This document shows, in pieces, positions 13,700-35,044 of a stretch of 64,000 nt of DNA; position 1 is the stretch's first letter; the number at the start of each line of letters is the position of its first letter. A model generated the notes under the pieces. That model searched no databases. It was not told the DNA's origin and worked only from the letters and a program-made list of their open reading frames with translations. The position numbers and the translations under genes were made by a program. Origin of the DNA: the human T2T-CHM13v2.0 reference genome, Homo sapiens; assembly GCF_009914755.1 (NCBI RefSeq), contig NC_060932.1, one strand, 5' to 3'.

Positions 13700-14325
13700 T
13701 TTGTTTCGAGCATTGGTAAAGAGCAGGCCAAAGGGCCTGAGGCCCCACGTTGGCGGCTGCCTTGGGACTAGCAGGCACGCTTTGCAGGATGGGTCCAGTA
13801 GGTATAGAGATCGTTTGCGTTCTTGGTCCATCTCTGTCATTCCCCTAGAGAGCAGGGTAGGCCTAGCCCCCATCTCTGTCATTCCCCTAGAGAGCAGGGC
13901 AGGCCTAGCCCAAGGAAGGTCTATTCGGCCACAGGTTTGGGCCACAGCCCCTGGTTTGGCGAAAAGGGGGGTGCATGCGGCTGGCCTGGGCAGAGGACAT
14001 AGGCAACCTTTGCCGATGGGTTCCTGGGCCCCGGGTCCTGTCCACCCGTGGTCATATGTGGACATGGGTGAAGCTCCAAACTGTAGGGATGGGATGTAAC
14101 TGCCAACAGGGGTGAGAAGGTCCTGGGCGGGGACCGTGACAGAGGCTCCTGTGTGAGATGTTTGACAGTGGAGGGGCAGGAAGTGATGGAGGGGGCCGTG
14201 TTCAGGCCATCTGTAAGAGGAGAGAGAGAGGCAGCTGGCAGTGGGTGTGCAGTAGGGGTGGCCACAGAGAGCCTAGAGGCCCCCTATTCCCAGACGGACT
14301 CCCATCCAAATCCTTGGAGAACCCC
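13700..14325 (-). repeat. Arm 2 of the old inverted duplication
   Basis: e.g. catcccatccctacagtttggagcttcaccc (-) vs catcccgtccctacagtttggggcttcaccc (+). Confidence 0.8.
13828..13911 (+). repeat. 42-bp near-perfect tandem duplication
   Basis: ccatctctgtcattcccctagagagcaggg(t/c)aggcctagccc x2. Confidence 0.95.
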
Positions 14326-14341
14326 ATTAGTACAGCCGGGA

Positions 14342-15068
14342 GGGGAAACGGTATGGAGGTTCTTCAAAAAATTAAAAATAGAACTGTGATATGATCCAGC
14401 TGTGCTAAGTATTTATCTAAAGGATATGGATTTTGCATATTGAAGAGATATCTGCATTCCAGTGTTCATTACAGCATTGTTCATAAGAGCCAACCTTATG
14501 AAGTCAACCTAAGTGTTCATGAATGAATGAATGAATCCAGAAAATGTGGTATATATTGACAATGGAATACTAGTCAGCCTTTAAAAATAGAAAAGGGAAT
14601 CCTGTCATTTGTGACAACATGGATAAACCTGGAGGGCATTAACTGAAATAAACTAGGTACAGAAAGACAAATCCCACATGATCTCACTTATGTAGAATCC
14701 AAAAAAGGAATTCACAGAAGCAGAGAGTAGAATGGAGATTGTCAGGGGCAGACGAGTTGATTGAGGAGATGTGGGTCAAAGGATACAAAAGTCCAGTTAG
14801 ACAGGAGGTATAAATTGAAGAGCTGCATAGTGCAACATGGTGACTAGAGTTAACAACAATGTGTTTACGTCTGTGAACCTGCAGAGAGAAGTCACTTGAG
14901 AACTGCTGAGACAGTAGATTTTAAGTGTTCTCCCCACAACAATAAAAGTTTGTTAAGTGAGGATTATGTGAATTAGCTGGACTTAGGCATTCTACAATAT
15001 ATACATATATCAAAACATCACGTTGCGCACATACATATATACAATTTTTATTTGTCAATTAATAAAAC
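14342..15068 (+). mobile_element. L1MA 3' end
   Basis: ggaaaacggtatggaggttcttcaaaaaattaaaaatagaact...tttgtcaattaataaa. Confidence 0.88.
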
Positions 15069-15257
15069 TTTGATAACAGAACACCATTATGATATTGACT
15101 ATTGAAGCTTATACTTTGAAAATTTTCTAATAGCAACATTGTGTATTTACTTCATACTTTATATTACTGTATTCAGTTTACTGGGTTCTTATGAAATAAA
15201 ATAATGCAGCAAAAACAAAACACATCATCTTCTTTGTACATTTCTGGCAAGACATCT

Positions 15258-15856
15258 GCATAGTAAGTAATTTGGCTTTGCCCAAAGAGAGGTCTGGCCC
15301 CTTCTGTTGACTTCAGGGAGGTAACCCATATCACACCTGACAGAGTGTCCTTGTGTAGAGCCGGGCTGACCACACTGGATCTAATGGAGAGGCTGCCCAC
15401 ACCTAACAGTCTCAGGGTATGGGGTGATTATGCCAGAAAGACCAATCATGTAACCTAGGGTAGTGGCTTTGGTCCCCTGATATGAGTTTGTTTACCTGAT
15501 GACTGACTTGACCCATGTGAGAAATCATCAGTCAGTCAGTCATGTCTACATAGGAAAGCCCCGGTCAGATCTCTGGACAGCAGAGTGTGGGTGGGCTTCC
15601 CTAGCTAAAAATACTCCTAGTGTGTTGTTGTGTATCCATGCAGGTAGGCTAACACATCCGGAGGACAGTGGAAGCTTTGCATTTATAAATCTCCCAGACT
15701 CAGCTCTGTGGGTCTCCTCCTTTGGCTGATATGAGTTTGTACCCTTGCCCTGTAATACACTATAACCATGAGTATAATAGCTTCCACTGAGCTCTGTGAG
15801 TCCTTCTGTGAATTACTGTATCTGACAGTGGTTTTGTGAACACCCCAAGCTTGCAA
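15258..15856 (+). mobile_element. MER21-like LTR
   Basis: aaccatgagtataatagctt..ctgagctctgtgagtccttct. Confidence 0.7.
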
Positions 15857-16184
15857 AGGCAGTCTTAAGGAATGTGCCATGAGACTTTGCAGTTTGGCTA
15901 CTTCTGGGGAGTACTCAACAGCCAATCTCCTAGCATACTATTATTCTATAATATGCATCAGGATTAATCAATATGCACTTGGGCTTAGCTGTAAATTTAT
16001 GAAAAATAATTAAAATATGTATCTGGTAAAATAAATACCAGTAGCTGTATGCATTCGGCCCTAACTAAATGCTAGGTACTAGACAAGTATTATTTGCTTG
16101 GTTTATCACACCAACCTGTGAGATACATAGTTATGCCTAATTCTAAGGAAGAAGAGAAATAAAAAATTTAAAAAAAACCCAGTT

Positions 16185-17320
<1,136 letters not shown>

Positions 17321-17321
17321 C

Positions 17322-17558
17322 TGAAACTAAAACGACTAGATGAACACACTGGGGAAAATCTCTATGACATTGGTCTGGGTGATAGTGTTTTGGATGTGAC
17401 CCCCAAAAGTACGGACAACAAAAGAAAAATTAAGACAAATGGGATTACATCAAAGCAAAAAGCTTCTGCCCAGCAAAGGAAATAGAGTGATGAGATAACC
17501 TAAGGAATAGGAGAGAGTCTTTGCAAATCAAACTCCTGAAAAGGAGCTAATATCCCAT
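17322..17558 (+). mobile_element. L1M ORF2 fragment
   Basis: gacattggtctggg...acaaatgggattacatcaaa..aaaaagcttctg. Confidence 0.85.
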
Positions 17559-19398
17559 GGCTTCTACCGGCATCCATGAAAATGGCAGGTTAATATGACG
17601 ACTTACAATAGGATGGAATTGAAGAAGCTGCACACTTATGGAAAGTTTTGGTAATGAGGCTGGGATGCTGAGAGATGACTTTCTGGCCCCTTTGTAGGCC
17701 TGGTAAGAGGACCTGTGAATTCTCTTGGCCAAGTGGTGAGCAAGGTGGGGATGAGTGTCCTGCACTGTCCTGTCTGCGAATGTAGCGACGAGTGGGTGAG
17801 ACAGGATTGAAACAAGCAGCCTGAGTACTTTGCTTGTTCATGTTTCTCCTGCTAGGAAAAAGGGGTAAGGGGTCCCCAGAGCTGACACTGAGCCTTGAAT
17901 GAATCCAAAGCACTAGAAGTTGATATGGTTGATCTGTGAGTGGCAAGAGGCTGCTAGAAACTAAAGGAAAATGTGCTTTGTTAGTGGCTTTCTTACCAGC
18001 ATGGAGGTGCCCATTCCCTCTGCACTCCGTAATCACCCATCCACCAGTATCCAACTTCAGCATCTTGAAAGATTAAGCCAAGTATGAATGGGTATTTGAG
18101 AGAGGAGAGTAACTCTTTGGAGATAGGTGTTCAGTTAACCATCCTGTGTAGTCCCCTGGAGCACACGGGGAGCTCTGGGTGCAGGGTAGGTGGAAGCCCC
18201 AGAGGACTGTAGGGTCTAGAGTGGTGGCAAATGGGCAGAAAGGAGTAAATTCCGGATCCTGGGTGCTCTCCAAATGCTGGGATGCCCACAGGGGAGAAGG
18301 TAGCACAACCCTTAGAGAAAAATCCCATCACCCAAACCCTCTCCTCACCCTAGCCCCTTCTGGCCCCTTGTGCCTCCACACCCTTGCACAGGGGATGGTG
18401 CAATCTTAAGTCAGCCCCTGACTCAGACAGGTGTGAATCACCATGGTCTGTGCTTACTGAGCTAATGCTAAGCGTGCTTCATGGCTCTCTATAGTAAATC
18501 AAAAATTTGTTTGGGTGACATATGACCAATGAGAGTTCTGTAAATATGGGTATTAATGAACACTATGTGACAATGAAGCCTTTTGTATTATAGAAGCACA
18601 TATTCAATGAATTCTAAGCACAATCCCAATAGTACTTATCTCATTCTTAGGTCATCTTTGCAAAGGAGGCAAAGCCAAGCCAGGTCCTGCTGCTTTGACT
18701 GATGGTGGGAAGAGGCGGAGTGCATGGGTCACCAGGCAGTGGGGAAGAGAGGAAACCAGCGTGGATTGCACTTCACTCACCCAGCTCTGTCCTCCTCCTC
18801 TGATTGACATGCTACAAAGCTCAGTAGGGTGTGGTTTCATAGCCTGGGACTCAAGAATCCGGGAATTATATGAGGACCCAGCCCAGGTGCGTCTTTGGGA
18901 GGCACACGTGAGTATCTGGAGTATACAGAAGACAGATGCACTGTTTACTCAGGGCATGGTGTGCCAAGCCGTGTGCTAACAGCAGGTTATAGGCTCCGGG
19001 TGACTTATTCTTTGGGCTAACTCAACAATGGAGGAACTCATTATCCTTATTTTACATGAGGAAACTGCCGTTTAGATGGAATAAATAAATAGACAGGATT
19101 AAATGGCTGGTAAATGGTAAACTGATATCTCAAAGACAGGTCATCTGATCGTACTTTAGGTGAGCTAGGCAGCCTCATGCCAGCTCTCTACGAAAATGCC
19201 ACAAGCAGCAGAGGGTGTCATTTGAGCCTTTGATGAACAGGAGAAAACCTCAAACGTTGCCACTCATGAGAATGGGGTTAAGATTGTTACAACATTTGAC
19301 GGGACACCTATTTGTAACTTTTTTTTTTACTTCACTGGGAAGGAGGGAGACACCCATTTTTATCTTAATGCAGTCCATGAAAGTGCCTGTAAGGCTTA

Positions 19399-19712
<314 letters not shown>

Positions 19713-20289
19713 GACTTACATGGGTTTTGAGTCTATCTCTTGGATAAGACTTTACGTGGAATATATTTTATCTCAAAAAGCATTTATTCAGCCACTGATA
19801 ACTCTATGAAGCTCTGTAAAATATGTAATGATTAGACGGATTAGGTGTTTCATCTGAGATGAGTAACTGTGTTTGTAATAAAATGTATTTATAAATAAGT
19901 ATGATCATGAATATTTAATAACTAGTAACCACTTGAATACATGTCTTTGGCCAGAATATTTACATATATATGTACCTACACTATATAATACCTATTATGT
20001 ATAATTTTTATATATACACTTTATATTATATTACAATATAGCTGCACCTTCTGTGGCTTTTGTGGGCTTTATTACCCACCAAGGTGTCAGCCATCAGGTC
20101 CTCAACAGTGGCAGTGAGGAAATCAGGCGTGCATGGGCCAAGCCACTGGGCACAGTGGATCTCCCACGAGAGGGGTCCACAGAGTTCAGGGGGTATGGCA
20201 GCTCTGCTCCTGCTGAGAGGGTGCCAGGCAGCTTCCTAAGCCTATAGGACCTCTAAAAGTCTCCTTTTTCTAGACACAAGGTTTGGTGA

Positions 20290-21032
<743 letters not shown>

Positions 21033-21253
21033 GGGAGCTTTGCTCCGATTGGCCCAGCTTGATCCTGCCCCTGGCCTGGGCCACTCAAGATGCCAGTGCT
21101 CACTCCCACCGTTGTGTTCCTGTGGGCCAGCCCCTCACTGGGATGCCATTGGTGTCCACTTGGCCTAGAAGTGCCCATGATAGGACCCTGGTCATCCTAG
21201 TGACCAAACCTAACCTTTCATTTGACTTTTTATTGTAGAAAGAAATGCGTTCT

Positions 21254-21580
<327 letters not shown>

Positions 21581-22199
21581 TTACCCTCTTTAGAAGATAC
21601 CACGCCAGGTTATCTGACTCTAGTCTGCACTCAATGTGTGTTTTGCAACCCTTTTTAAGTTTTAGGTCACTGATAGACATGCACAATGTGTTGTCCAGTC
21701 CAGGGTCAATTTTCTCTCCTCTCACAGAGGAAGGAAATGAGCTTTCTTCCCATTTACATACTCATTTAAATACTCCTGGTTAATATTCCTCTGTTTGTTG
21801 GATTCTTTTTTTCTACTGGTTATTGTATCTGCTAATCTCTTATAAGTTAAATAAAATATTTTAACATGTGTTTGTATCTTTATGAGTGCCAGACTTAATT
21901 TTTTTAAAAAGATGTATTTTAAGCATTTTTAAGGTCACACCAATATGCCCAATTGATTCAACTACTAGGACCAGATAAATTTCTATGACAGAAAGTTGCA
22001 TCAAATGCATAACTGAAGCCTGGGCGTGTCTTTTCTTGGCTCTCCTGCGTGACTGCAAAACATCAGTGGAAATTTGTTGACTCTGCTTTTCTCATTTCAA
22101 TTTTCCATTCTGTTAATTTCATGTTGATGAGTTTTTTGCCACATTTATAGCTGAAAAGCTGTTTCCACTTTTGGCACAAGGGTTTGGAGTTTATTTAAT

Positions 22200-22920
22200 T
22201 CTTTTTATTAAGATAAAATTTATATAACATTTAATATATTAATCATGTTAGAATTTACAACTCAGTGCTTTTTGTTGTGTTCACAAGATTTTACAATCAT
22301 CACTATGTAGTTCCAGAACAGTATGACACCCCCAAAAGAAACCTCACACCCATTAAGTGCTCGTTTCCTATTGCTCCCCTCACTCCCCAAGGCCCTGGTA
22401 ACCACTAATCCAGTTTCTGTTCCTATGGATTTGCCTATTCTGGGCATTTTATACAACTAGATTAATAAAGTCTCTGGCTTTGATGTCTGCCTTTTGTCAT
22501 TGATCATGTTGTTTTAAATAGCCGTCCATATAGAGGCACATATCAGTGCTTCATTCCTTTGTATGGCTAATTGTCCATTGCATGAATGTGTCTCGGCTGT
22601 GTATCTAGTCTTCCATTGAGGGACATTTGGGTGGTTTCCACTTTTTGGTGATAATCAATAATCCTCGTATGAAAAGCATATCAAGTCTTTGTGTGGGCAT
22701 ATGTTTTCATTTCTGTTGGGTATATCTTCAGGAGTGGAATTGCTGGGCCATATGATAACCCTATGTTAACCTTGGGAGAAACTTCCAAAATGTTTTCCAA
22801 AATGGCTGCCTCATTTCACCAACCCCCCAGCACTGCATGGGGCTCTAGTTTCCTCATGTTTTCCCCCACACTTGTCTGTCTTCTGAACTACACCCATACT
22901 AACAGGGGTGAAGTGGATGT
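22200..22920 (-). mobile_element. L1MB 3' end
   Basis: ccctggtaaccactaatc...gatttgcctattctggg...ggagtggaattgctggg. Confidence 0.85.
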
Positions 22921-23450
22921 TGAGAATGTCTTCTGTGCTCATTGCCCTCTTGTATCATTTATTTCTCTATCCTGATGTGTTGTCATCACTAATAATTGAA
23001 AGTCCTCAGAATATTTATCCCAAGTTAATTTACACATGAAGGACATTTACAAGGGTATAAAATGATTTCCTCAGTGAATGTAGTTGTCTCATTTATTTGC
23101 AATGTACTGGATGATAGATTTGATTTTCTTATTAGCATACTCTGCACCCTTTTTGAAATAAACCATCTGTCATCATTTTGTATACTTAGCTAGTAATTTT
23201 ATGTCAAAATTCATAATTCTTCCTGGCCTATTTTAAAAGTTTGGGTATAGTGGATCTAATAGCACACACAGTCTTTCCATGGCTTTTCTTTTTTTTCATG
23301 ATTAATGAAATGGATTTGAAAGATGAATACCTAAACTTGAAAAACATGGGAAAAAGTGTCATTGAAAACAATGACCACTTTTGGTGAATGCTTCCAAATA
23401 TTAAAAAAAAAATTTTTTTTAGTTTCTAATTATTCCCAGTTGAGTTGAGT

Positions 23451-23722
23451 TGACACCTCCTAGGAGGGCAGAGGCTCCGTTTCTGGATCACACTTTCTGT
23501 CACGGGACTGCTCATAGTGGTGCTTCAACCTCGGCACGGGGAGAGTAAATAACTGCACAGTGTAGAAGCAATCAAGGCAGCCCACATAAACTAGAGCTAT
23601 GCGACTAACTTAGGAGATTGTCTAGTCCTTCCACAGCAGGCAGAGCTAAGCCTGGATGCCCTGGTCATGGCCCATGAGGACAAAGGGGCTGACTGTGGGA
23701 AAACAGGCAGTGATGAGTGCAG
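23451..23722 (-). pseudogene. Partial duplicate of the V1R pseudogene 3' end (TM7, C-terminus and downstream flank)
   Basis: High-identity match to 26859-27129; encodes ALITACFPTVSPFVLMGHDQ. Confidence 0.9.
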
Positions 23723-24313
23723 CCATAGAATGGCAACTATATTATATAGAAATCACTTTTCTCTGTTTTCTAATTTATTACCATAAGGTTGTTTATATTA
23801 GTCTCTACGGGTTTAAAAACTATCAATTGTTTTAATCGTGTTTATTAATATTTAAGTTAGTCTCTTCATCTTTTTCTCACCATTGCACTAGGTCTGTGTA
23901 TTTTATCATAATTTTATTCCTTTTTTGTTATATTCTATGTAATAATTATTCTATATTTTACTGTCTACCTTATGCTTTGTTGTTACACATTACTGTATTT
24001 AGCCTATGCTTCTATGTATAAGTTCCAGAGACTGACATTAAGCATGCATATTGTCGGCATCCTTTATTCTAGTAATTGAATTTGCAGTTATCTTATTTTG
24101 CCTAAAACTCTTGAATCAAATAGCGTGCACAACTTTGATTTGGAGGAGTTATATTGTCTTCTCGTGTAAAAAATAATATTAGGAATATTGCCTAGTTTTA
24201 ATCTTTAAAATTTAAAATTCTTTAATATATTATTTACAAATATTATTACATTATAAGTAGCAAAGCTAATCTCTTTGATTAAAATATTTTATGCTTGGTA
24301 AAACTTTCTTTGA

Positions 24314-24919
<606 letters not shown>

Positions 24920-25425
24920 CAACTTTCTTTGAGAACAAAATATTTCAATGGTTTCATTGTGCTGAAAAATGTGATACAAAGCTCAGATTCAGCATATGTC
25001 AATTAGGACAAGCATGTGTGTCGTATTGTTGAAAATTTTGAATCATCAATAAATGTTATCTGTGTTATCACAAATATAATCACATCACAAAGGGTCTGTT
25101 AAAGTTTTTCACTGTGGTCAAAGAACTGCACATTTTATCTTATGATTCTGTCAAAAGTTCCCCCTTACTATTCAAACCAGCAATTATCTTCCCTAAAAAA
25201 TGAAGCCATGGCCGTTTTTCCCAGATACCTTGTCTTCAGCTCCTCCATGGACAGTGGATGGTTCCACCATAGATTCCTTCCCAAAGATCAGAATGTGTGG
25301 TTCATCCCACTTCTTTCTTTGGAGCAGGCTAATTGAGATTATCACTTGAGAGATAAGAATACAGAATATTCTACCTCCAAAGTGTTCCAAAAACCAGTTG
25401 GTTTTCTCTATGATCCCTCTCCCTC

Positions 25426-25727
<302 letters not shown>

Positions 25728-25782
25728 TAATATTTATTAGCTGTGAATCAAGTTCTAATTAAAACTTCTTGATAAGATTCTT

Positions 25783-26119
<337 letters not shown>

Positions 26120-26543
26120 TTACTTTTACCTGAAAATATTTGAAAAATATGCTACTCTCTTCCCACCAAAAAATCACATATCTCAAATGATTAACTTTCT
26201 TTTCAGGATTTAAGGTAAAATGACAAAACTGGTCTTTGATGTCCTGCAGTATCTGATACACCGTTTTCCTTCATGCTTCATTCCAGGCCACTTGCTGTGG
26301 TGTTCCTGCTTTTCCTTTTCACTTTCTTGATAAGCAATTACTCAGTCTTTTCCATTTTATTAAACTCTTCTTATATTTCTGTGTCCAGTTAATTTCAGGA
26401 TATTTTTAATTAATCGGTTCTACATTACATACTCGTATAAGCTTTCCATTGTCTCCAAGTTATTAGAGGCCCATTTAAAAAAGAGAAAAGAGTTTTTAGC
26501 TTCTAAACTTCTCCACTAAAATGTTTAATAAATGAAAGTTATA

Positions 26544-26807
<264 letters not shown>

Positions 26808-27016
26808 TTATAAAATCATTTTCAAAACATTTAGTCTACACCTGCCATTCTCACCCCATGACAATCCTACGAAGGCAGAGGATCTGTTTCCAGATCACAC
26901 TCTCTGTCATGTGACTGCTCACAGTGGCGCTTCAACATCGGCACAGGGAGAGTAAATAACTGCACAGTGTAGAAACAATCAAGACAGCCCACATAAATTA
27001 GAGCTATGCGACTAGC

Positions 27017-27924
27017 TTAGGAGATTGTCCAGTCCTTCCACATCAGGCAGAGCTGAGCCCGAATGCCCTGGTCATGGCCCATGAGGACAAAGGGGCTGAC
27101 TGTGGGGAAACAGGCAGTGGTCAGTGCAGACGTGTTCACCAGCCACCAGCTGGGGTTAGGGTACTTAGCCAAAAATGGTGTGAAGACAGAGGAGAGGGTA
27201 TAGAATGATGCAAAGGTGCTCACTAGAACAAGGATGCTTTGGGTCACTCTGAACTCAGGGGAGGACCTGGTGGGGAGGTTAGTCCTGTGAAGGTGTTGGA
27301 CCCACTCCCTGTGCCTGTGCCGAATAAAGACCATGGACCTGCTGGCCCAGGTCATGAGGCCCAAACACAAAACATCGTAGGATCATGACAACGTTGTATG
27401 TAGTAATCCTGTAATTCTGTTATTACTTACTGCACAACAATATCCCAAATCTCTTTTCCGTGTGTTATGTTTGTTACTCCACTTGTCAGTCATACTCCTA
27501 AGAAAAATGGTATTTACCAGCATGTTCAGCACCTAGCACAGGAGGGTGAAGGCCCCAATGTATCTGGGAGCTTATAGTTTCAGCTCTGCCCACGTGGAAT
27601 TTGTGGGGCCGATCGTGATGGCCTGGAAGATACTCAGAAATCAGGTGGTGCCCATGCACACACCCCTGCCCACTCTGTGGAAACAGAAAACAAATTTGCA
27701 CCCAATGTCACTGAGGAAATGGCCATTGTTTGTGGGACTCCTTTAGAGAGAATGACCAAGGAGTTGGCTATAGTCAGGTGCTGGAGAATCAGATCTGTGG
27801 ACTTTAATGTGCATCTGGTGAAATAAAGGAAACTATAATGATAAAGAAGAAAGCAATTGCCCAGGAATCCTACTGTGGCCTGAGATAAGAAGATCATTCC
27901 TATTGTCACATCCCTGGAGGCCAT
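27017..27924 (-). pseudogene. VN1R46P: Vomeronasal type-1 receptor pseudogene (VN1R4-like; probably VN1R46P)
   Basis: MASRDVTIGMIFLSQ...KGVPQTMA / GCKFVFCFHRVGRGV / SPEFRVTQSILVLVSTF...CFPTVSPFVLM; frameshifting deletion after TMA and in-frame TGA/TAA/TAG stops; symbol from recalled gene order. Confidence 0.9.
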
Positions 27925-28265
27925 TTGCCATTTTTCAATGACTGATCATCCTATTCAGAGTGAGAAGATCCTGCATGAAAACAGGAGGCCTGTGGTACCA
28001 TGACAACTGAAATCCACTCTTGTGGACCATAGTTTTCAAACCATTAATTTCCTATTAAATTTCATTTTCCTTTTTCTGAGAGTTTTGCTATAAAAATATA
28101 TATGTGTATATAGATACATATTCCTAGCATAAGAGTGTTATAACAGTGTTTTATGTATAACTGTTACAACAATTCTCTGAAGGGCTTTATTGTTCCCATT
28201 TGACAGGTGAGGCAATCTTGGGCACAGGAAAGCTGAATGACACTCCCAAAGTCACTTCCTTGTAA

Positions 28266-28686
<421 letters not shown>

Positions 28687-29561
28687 TGAGTCTTGTTTTT
28701 CTTTTCAATTGTGATTGAAAACAACATTGCTTGTTTTCTAGGCAAACATTATAGTGATTAGAGATCCAAGTAAAATATAGATGGGCTGATTTTAGTATAA
28801 CCTTAAAAGAATAATTATATAAACCAAATGGAATTTATTGAATGCACAAATGGAATTAAAAGAGGAGGTTCTTTTCCATCTTAACCAGGAAGGAGCATAC
28901 AATAGAATGGGCATGCGCTAAGCAAGGGAGCAGGAAAATGAGTAGGAGGGAAAACATTGCAGGAGAAACTAAATTACCATGAGTGTAGAAAGAAAATGAG
29001 TATTTGTGAATGCAAAAATATCAAATATAGTATTTCAATGTCAGACTGGTTCACTATATTAAAACACGAGTCCACCATGCAAAAGAAAAACTAGAGGTAA
29101 AGATTGTACATTGACTCAAAATAGTACTAAGATGAGCACTGAGACTGCGAATGGCATGAAAACATTTTTACACCAGAGGAAAGATCACAAAATAATGCAA
29201 TTCTGAAAACTGCTGAAGAGTGTAACTTTTTTCCTGAATACAAAAACCTAAGGTCAGTTACCTTTCTTTGCTGATTTCATGAAGGAAAACAGCCTCACCA
29301 TAATAAAGAGACAACAGATTTTTTTTCTGTCACGGCACAGTTACGGTCTCCATTTGGTATATTCTATGCACAGAGTTGGTGAAAACACTATATTTACTAT
29401 TTCTGAACAGAATAAGATAATTCAATCAGCTACATCTTATACATGATCACAGGCATGGAGGTGTCATGGAAACAAGTCTACAAATCTTAGAAATGTTCAT
29501 GTAGATAAGAGAGAGCAGCTGGCAAATTAATTTCCAAATTATATTAGAGAACTTAAAAATA

Positions 29562-29838
29562 GGCCGGGTATGATGGCTCATGCCTATAACCCCAAAACTT
29601 TTGGAGGTTGAGGCAAGAGGATTGCTTGAGGCCAGGAGACCAGCCTGAGCAACATAGGGAGAGCCTGTCTCTACAAAAAATTTTTTAAAATTTGCTGAAT
29701 GTTGTGGCACATGCCTGTGGTCCCAGCTACTCGGAAGGCTGAGGTGGGAGGATCATTTGAGTCAAGGCTGCAGTGGGCCACAATTGTACTCTGGCCTGAG
29801 CAACAGAAAGAGACCCTGCCTCAAACAAACAAAAAAAG
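29562..29838 (+). mobile_element. AluJ-like, degenerate
   Basis: Dimeric Alu with internal deletions. Confidence 0.85.
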
Positions 29839-31087
29839 ATTTAATGACTTTATTGAAACCAACAATGATGAACAGCGAGGATTACATTAAATGAGAAGCA
29901 GTTAGGGGCTGGTTTATGGTCTTGACCTCCATTCCTTCTCCATGAGTCCAGCCCATGACCCAGTGATTATTTCCCTTTCCCTGCATTGTGTTGGCACTGA
30001 CTTAGTTTCTAGCCCAGAAGATTCCCATTTCCCAGACAAAAGCCTTTGCTCCATCTCCCAGTACACTTCCTTCTGGTGCAGGCTATGCCTTCTAGACTGA
30101 AATAGAAAATACTCACCTGATTTTTCCCTTGCTGCTGGGACAATGCAGGTTTATGCTCAGGACAGCCAGCAGATGAGTGTGCGGAGGGAGGCAGCCAGCT
30201 CTCAGATATGGGTTTTTGTCCTGTGACCTCACCATTTCTCAGCACTTCAATGAGCATTTCACCTGTGGCAACAATGACAGTGCACACTTGGGGAGCTAAA
30301 GATAGTTTAAAGAAACTTTGTCACAGTTACCAATGACCAAAAACAAGTATAATTTTCTAGTGGGCATCTCCAGAGAGATGAGAGTGTTTGGCAGAGGTTC
30401 TTGCTTTCCACGATCCCTTGGAGGCAACAGGAAGAGGCTCCCAAGGAGGGAGCAGGAAGGGCTGAGTCCAGACTGAGGGGTTGGCAGCAGAGCACACGCG
30501 TCTTGCCGGAGTCTGTGCTTTCCTGAGATGGTCTCCTATGGAAAATCCAATTTTCTGCTAATCCTCAGATTCCTGAGCCAAACTATCATTTGATTATGAA
30601 TAGAGAAATGGGATCATGCCAAGAACTTGAGAAGGATGTGTCAGCAGGTTACAGTGCAAACAGCAACTTGAAGTCCAATACTGATAGGAAAAATAAATGG
30701 AAACAAATTTGGGCAATCCAATGTAACTTAACCTGCAAATGTAGATGTTATATATTCTATAAATATATATTTTATCAACATTTACCCCCAGAGAGATAGA
30801 AGTTCTAAATTGTACAATATATATAAAAGAAACAGACGATTATCAGAGTCCCTCACATACACAAAAGCACCAAGTTCATATGATCCAGAAAGGAATTCTA
30901 CTAATGAACTGATTGATAAACTGATGCTACCTAAACTATTTGAATCTTAAAGTAGTCTACCTTCCCAATAGTTTTTAGGAAAGGTGCAGAAAGGTGATAT
31001 GAGAACTTACCATGGTTTGAGCCACATATTACAAAAATATAGGACATATGAATATAACTATAAAAAATTTAAATATTAGAAGCAATT

Positions 31088-31424
<337 letters not shown>

Positions 31425-31840
31425 GCCATTAGGGCAGTCACCAATGTTCTATGAGGGATGTGTCTTGGAAGAAAAAGTCTCTTCTGTAAGGATTACTCAA
31501 CTGGTACATGGGCAGGCAAGGTGATCCCTAGTGGCCTGCCAGTCTTAAGAAAAATTTTATGCATCTAGGGAAAAATTGGTCACAACCAGGCAATTAGATC
31601 GCAGCCTCCCCACCAAGTAAAACAAAATTCTGTGTTAAGCACATGTAAAACAAAACACCAGTACAAACCCAAAATATTTTCTCATAGGCATTGTAGAGTT
31701 TTTTGTTTGTTCTGTTTTTTGCTCTCGAGAGATTAATAAGCAGAATGGGACCCTCAAATTTCAAAGCATGCAATAATGGTCCCCCCACTCCTGGGACCCC
31801 TGCCAGGTATATGTTTAAAAATTAATTCACAACTGATTTT

Positions 31841-34642
<2,802 letters not shown>

Positions 34643-34711
34643 CAGTGGGAGAGAATGATAATTGTGGGGATGGAATTTAAACATTATGTATTTAAGATAA
34701 AAAATATTGTC

Positions 34712-35044
<333 letters not shown>

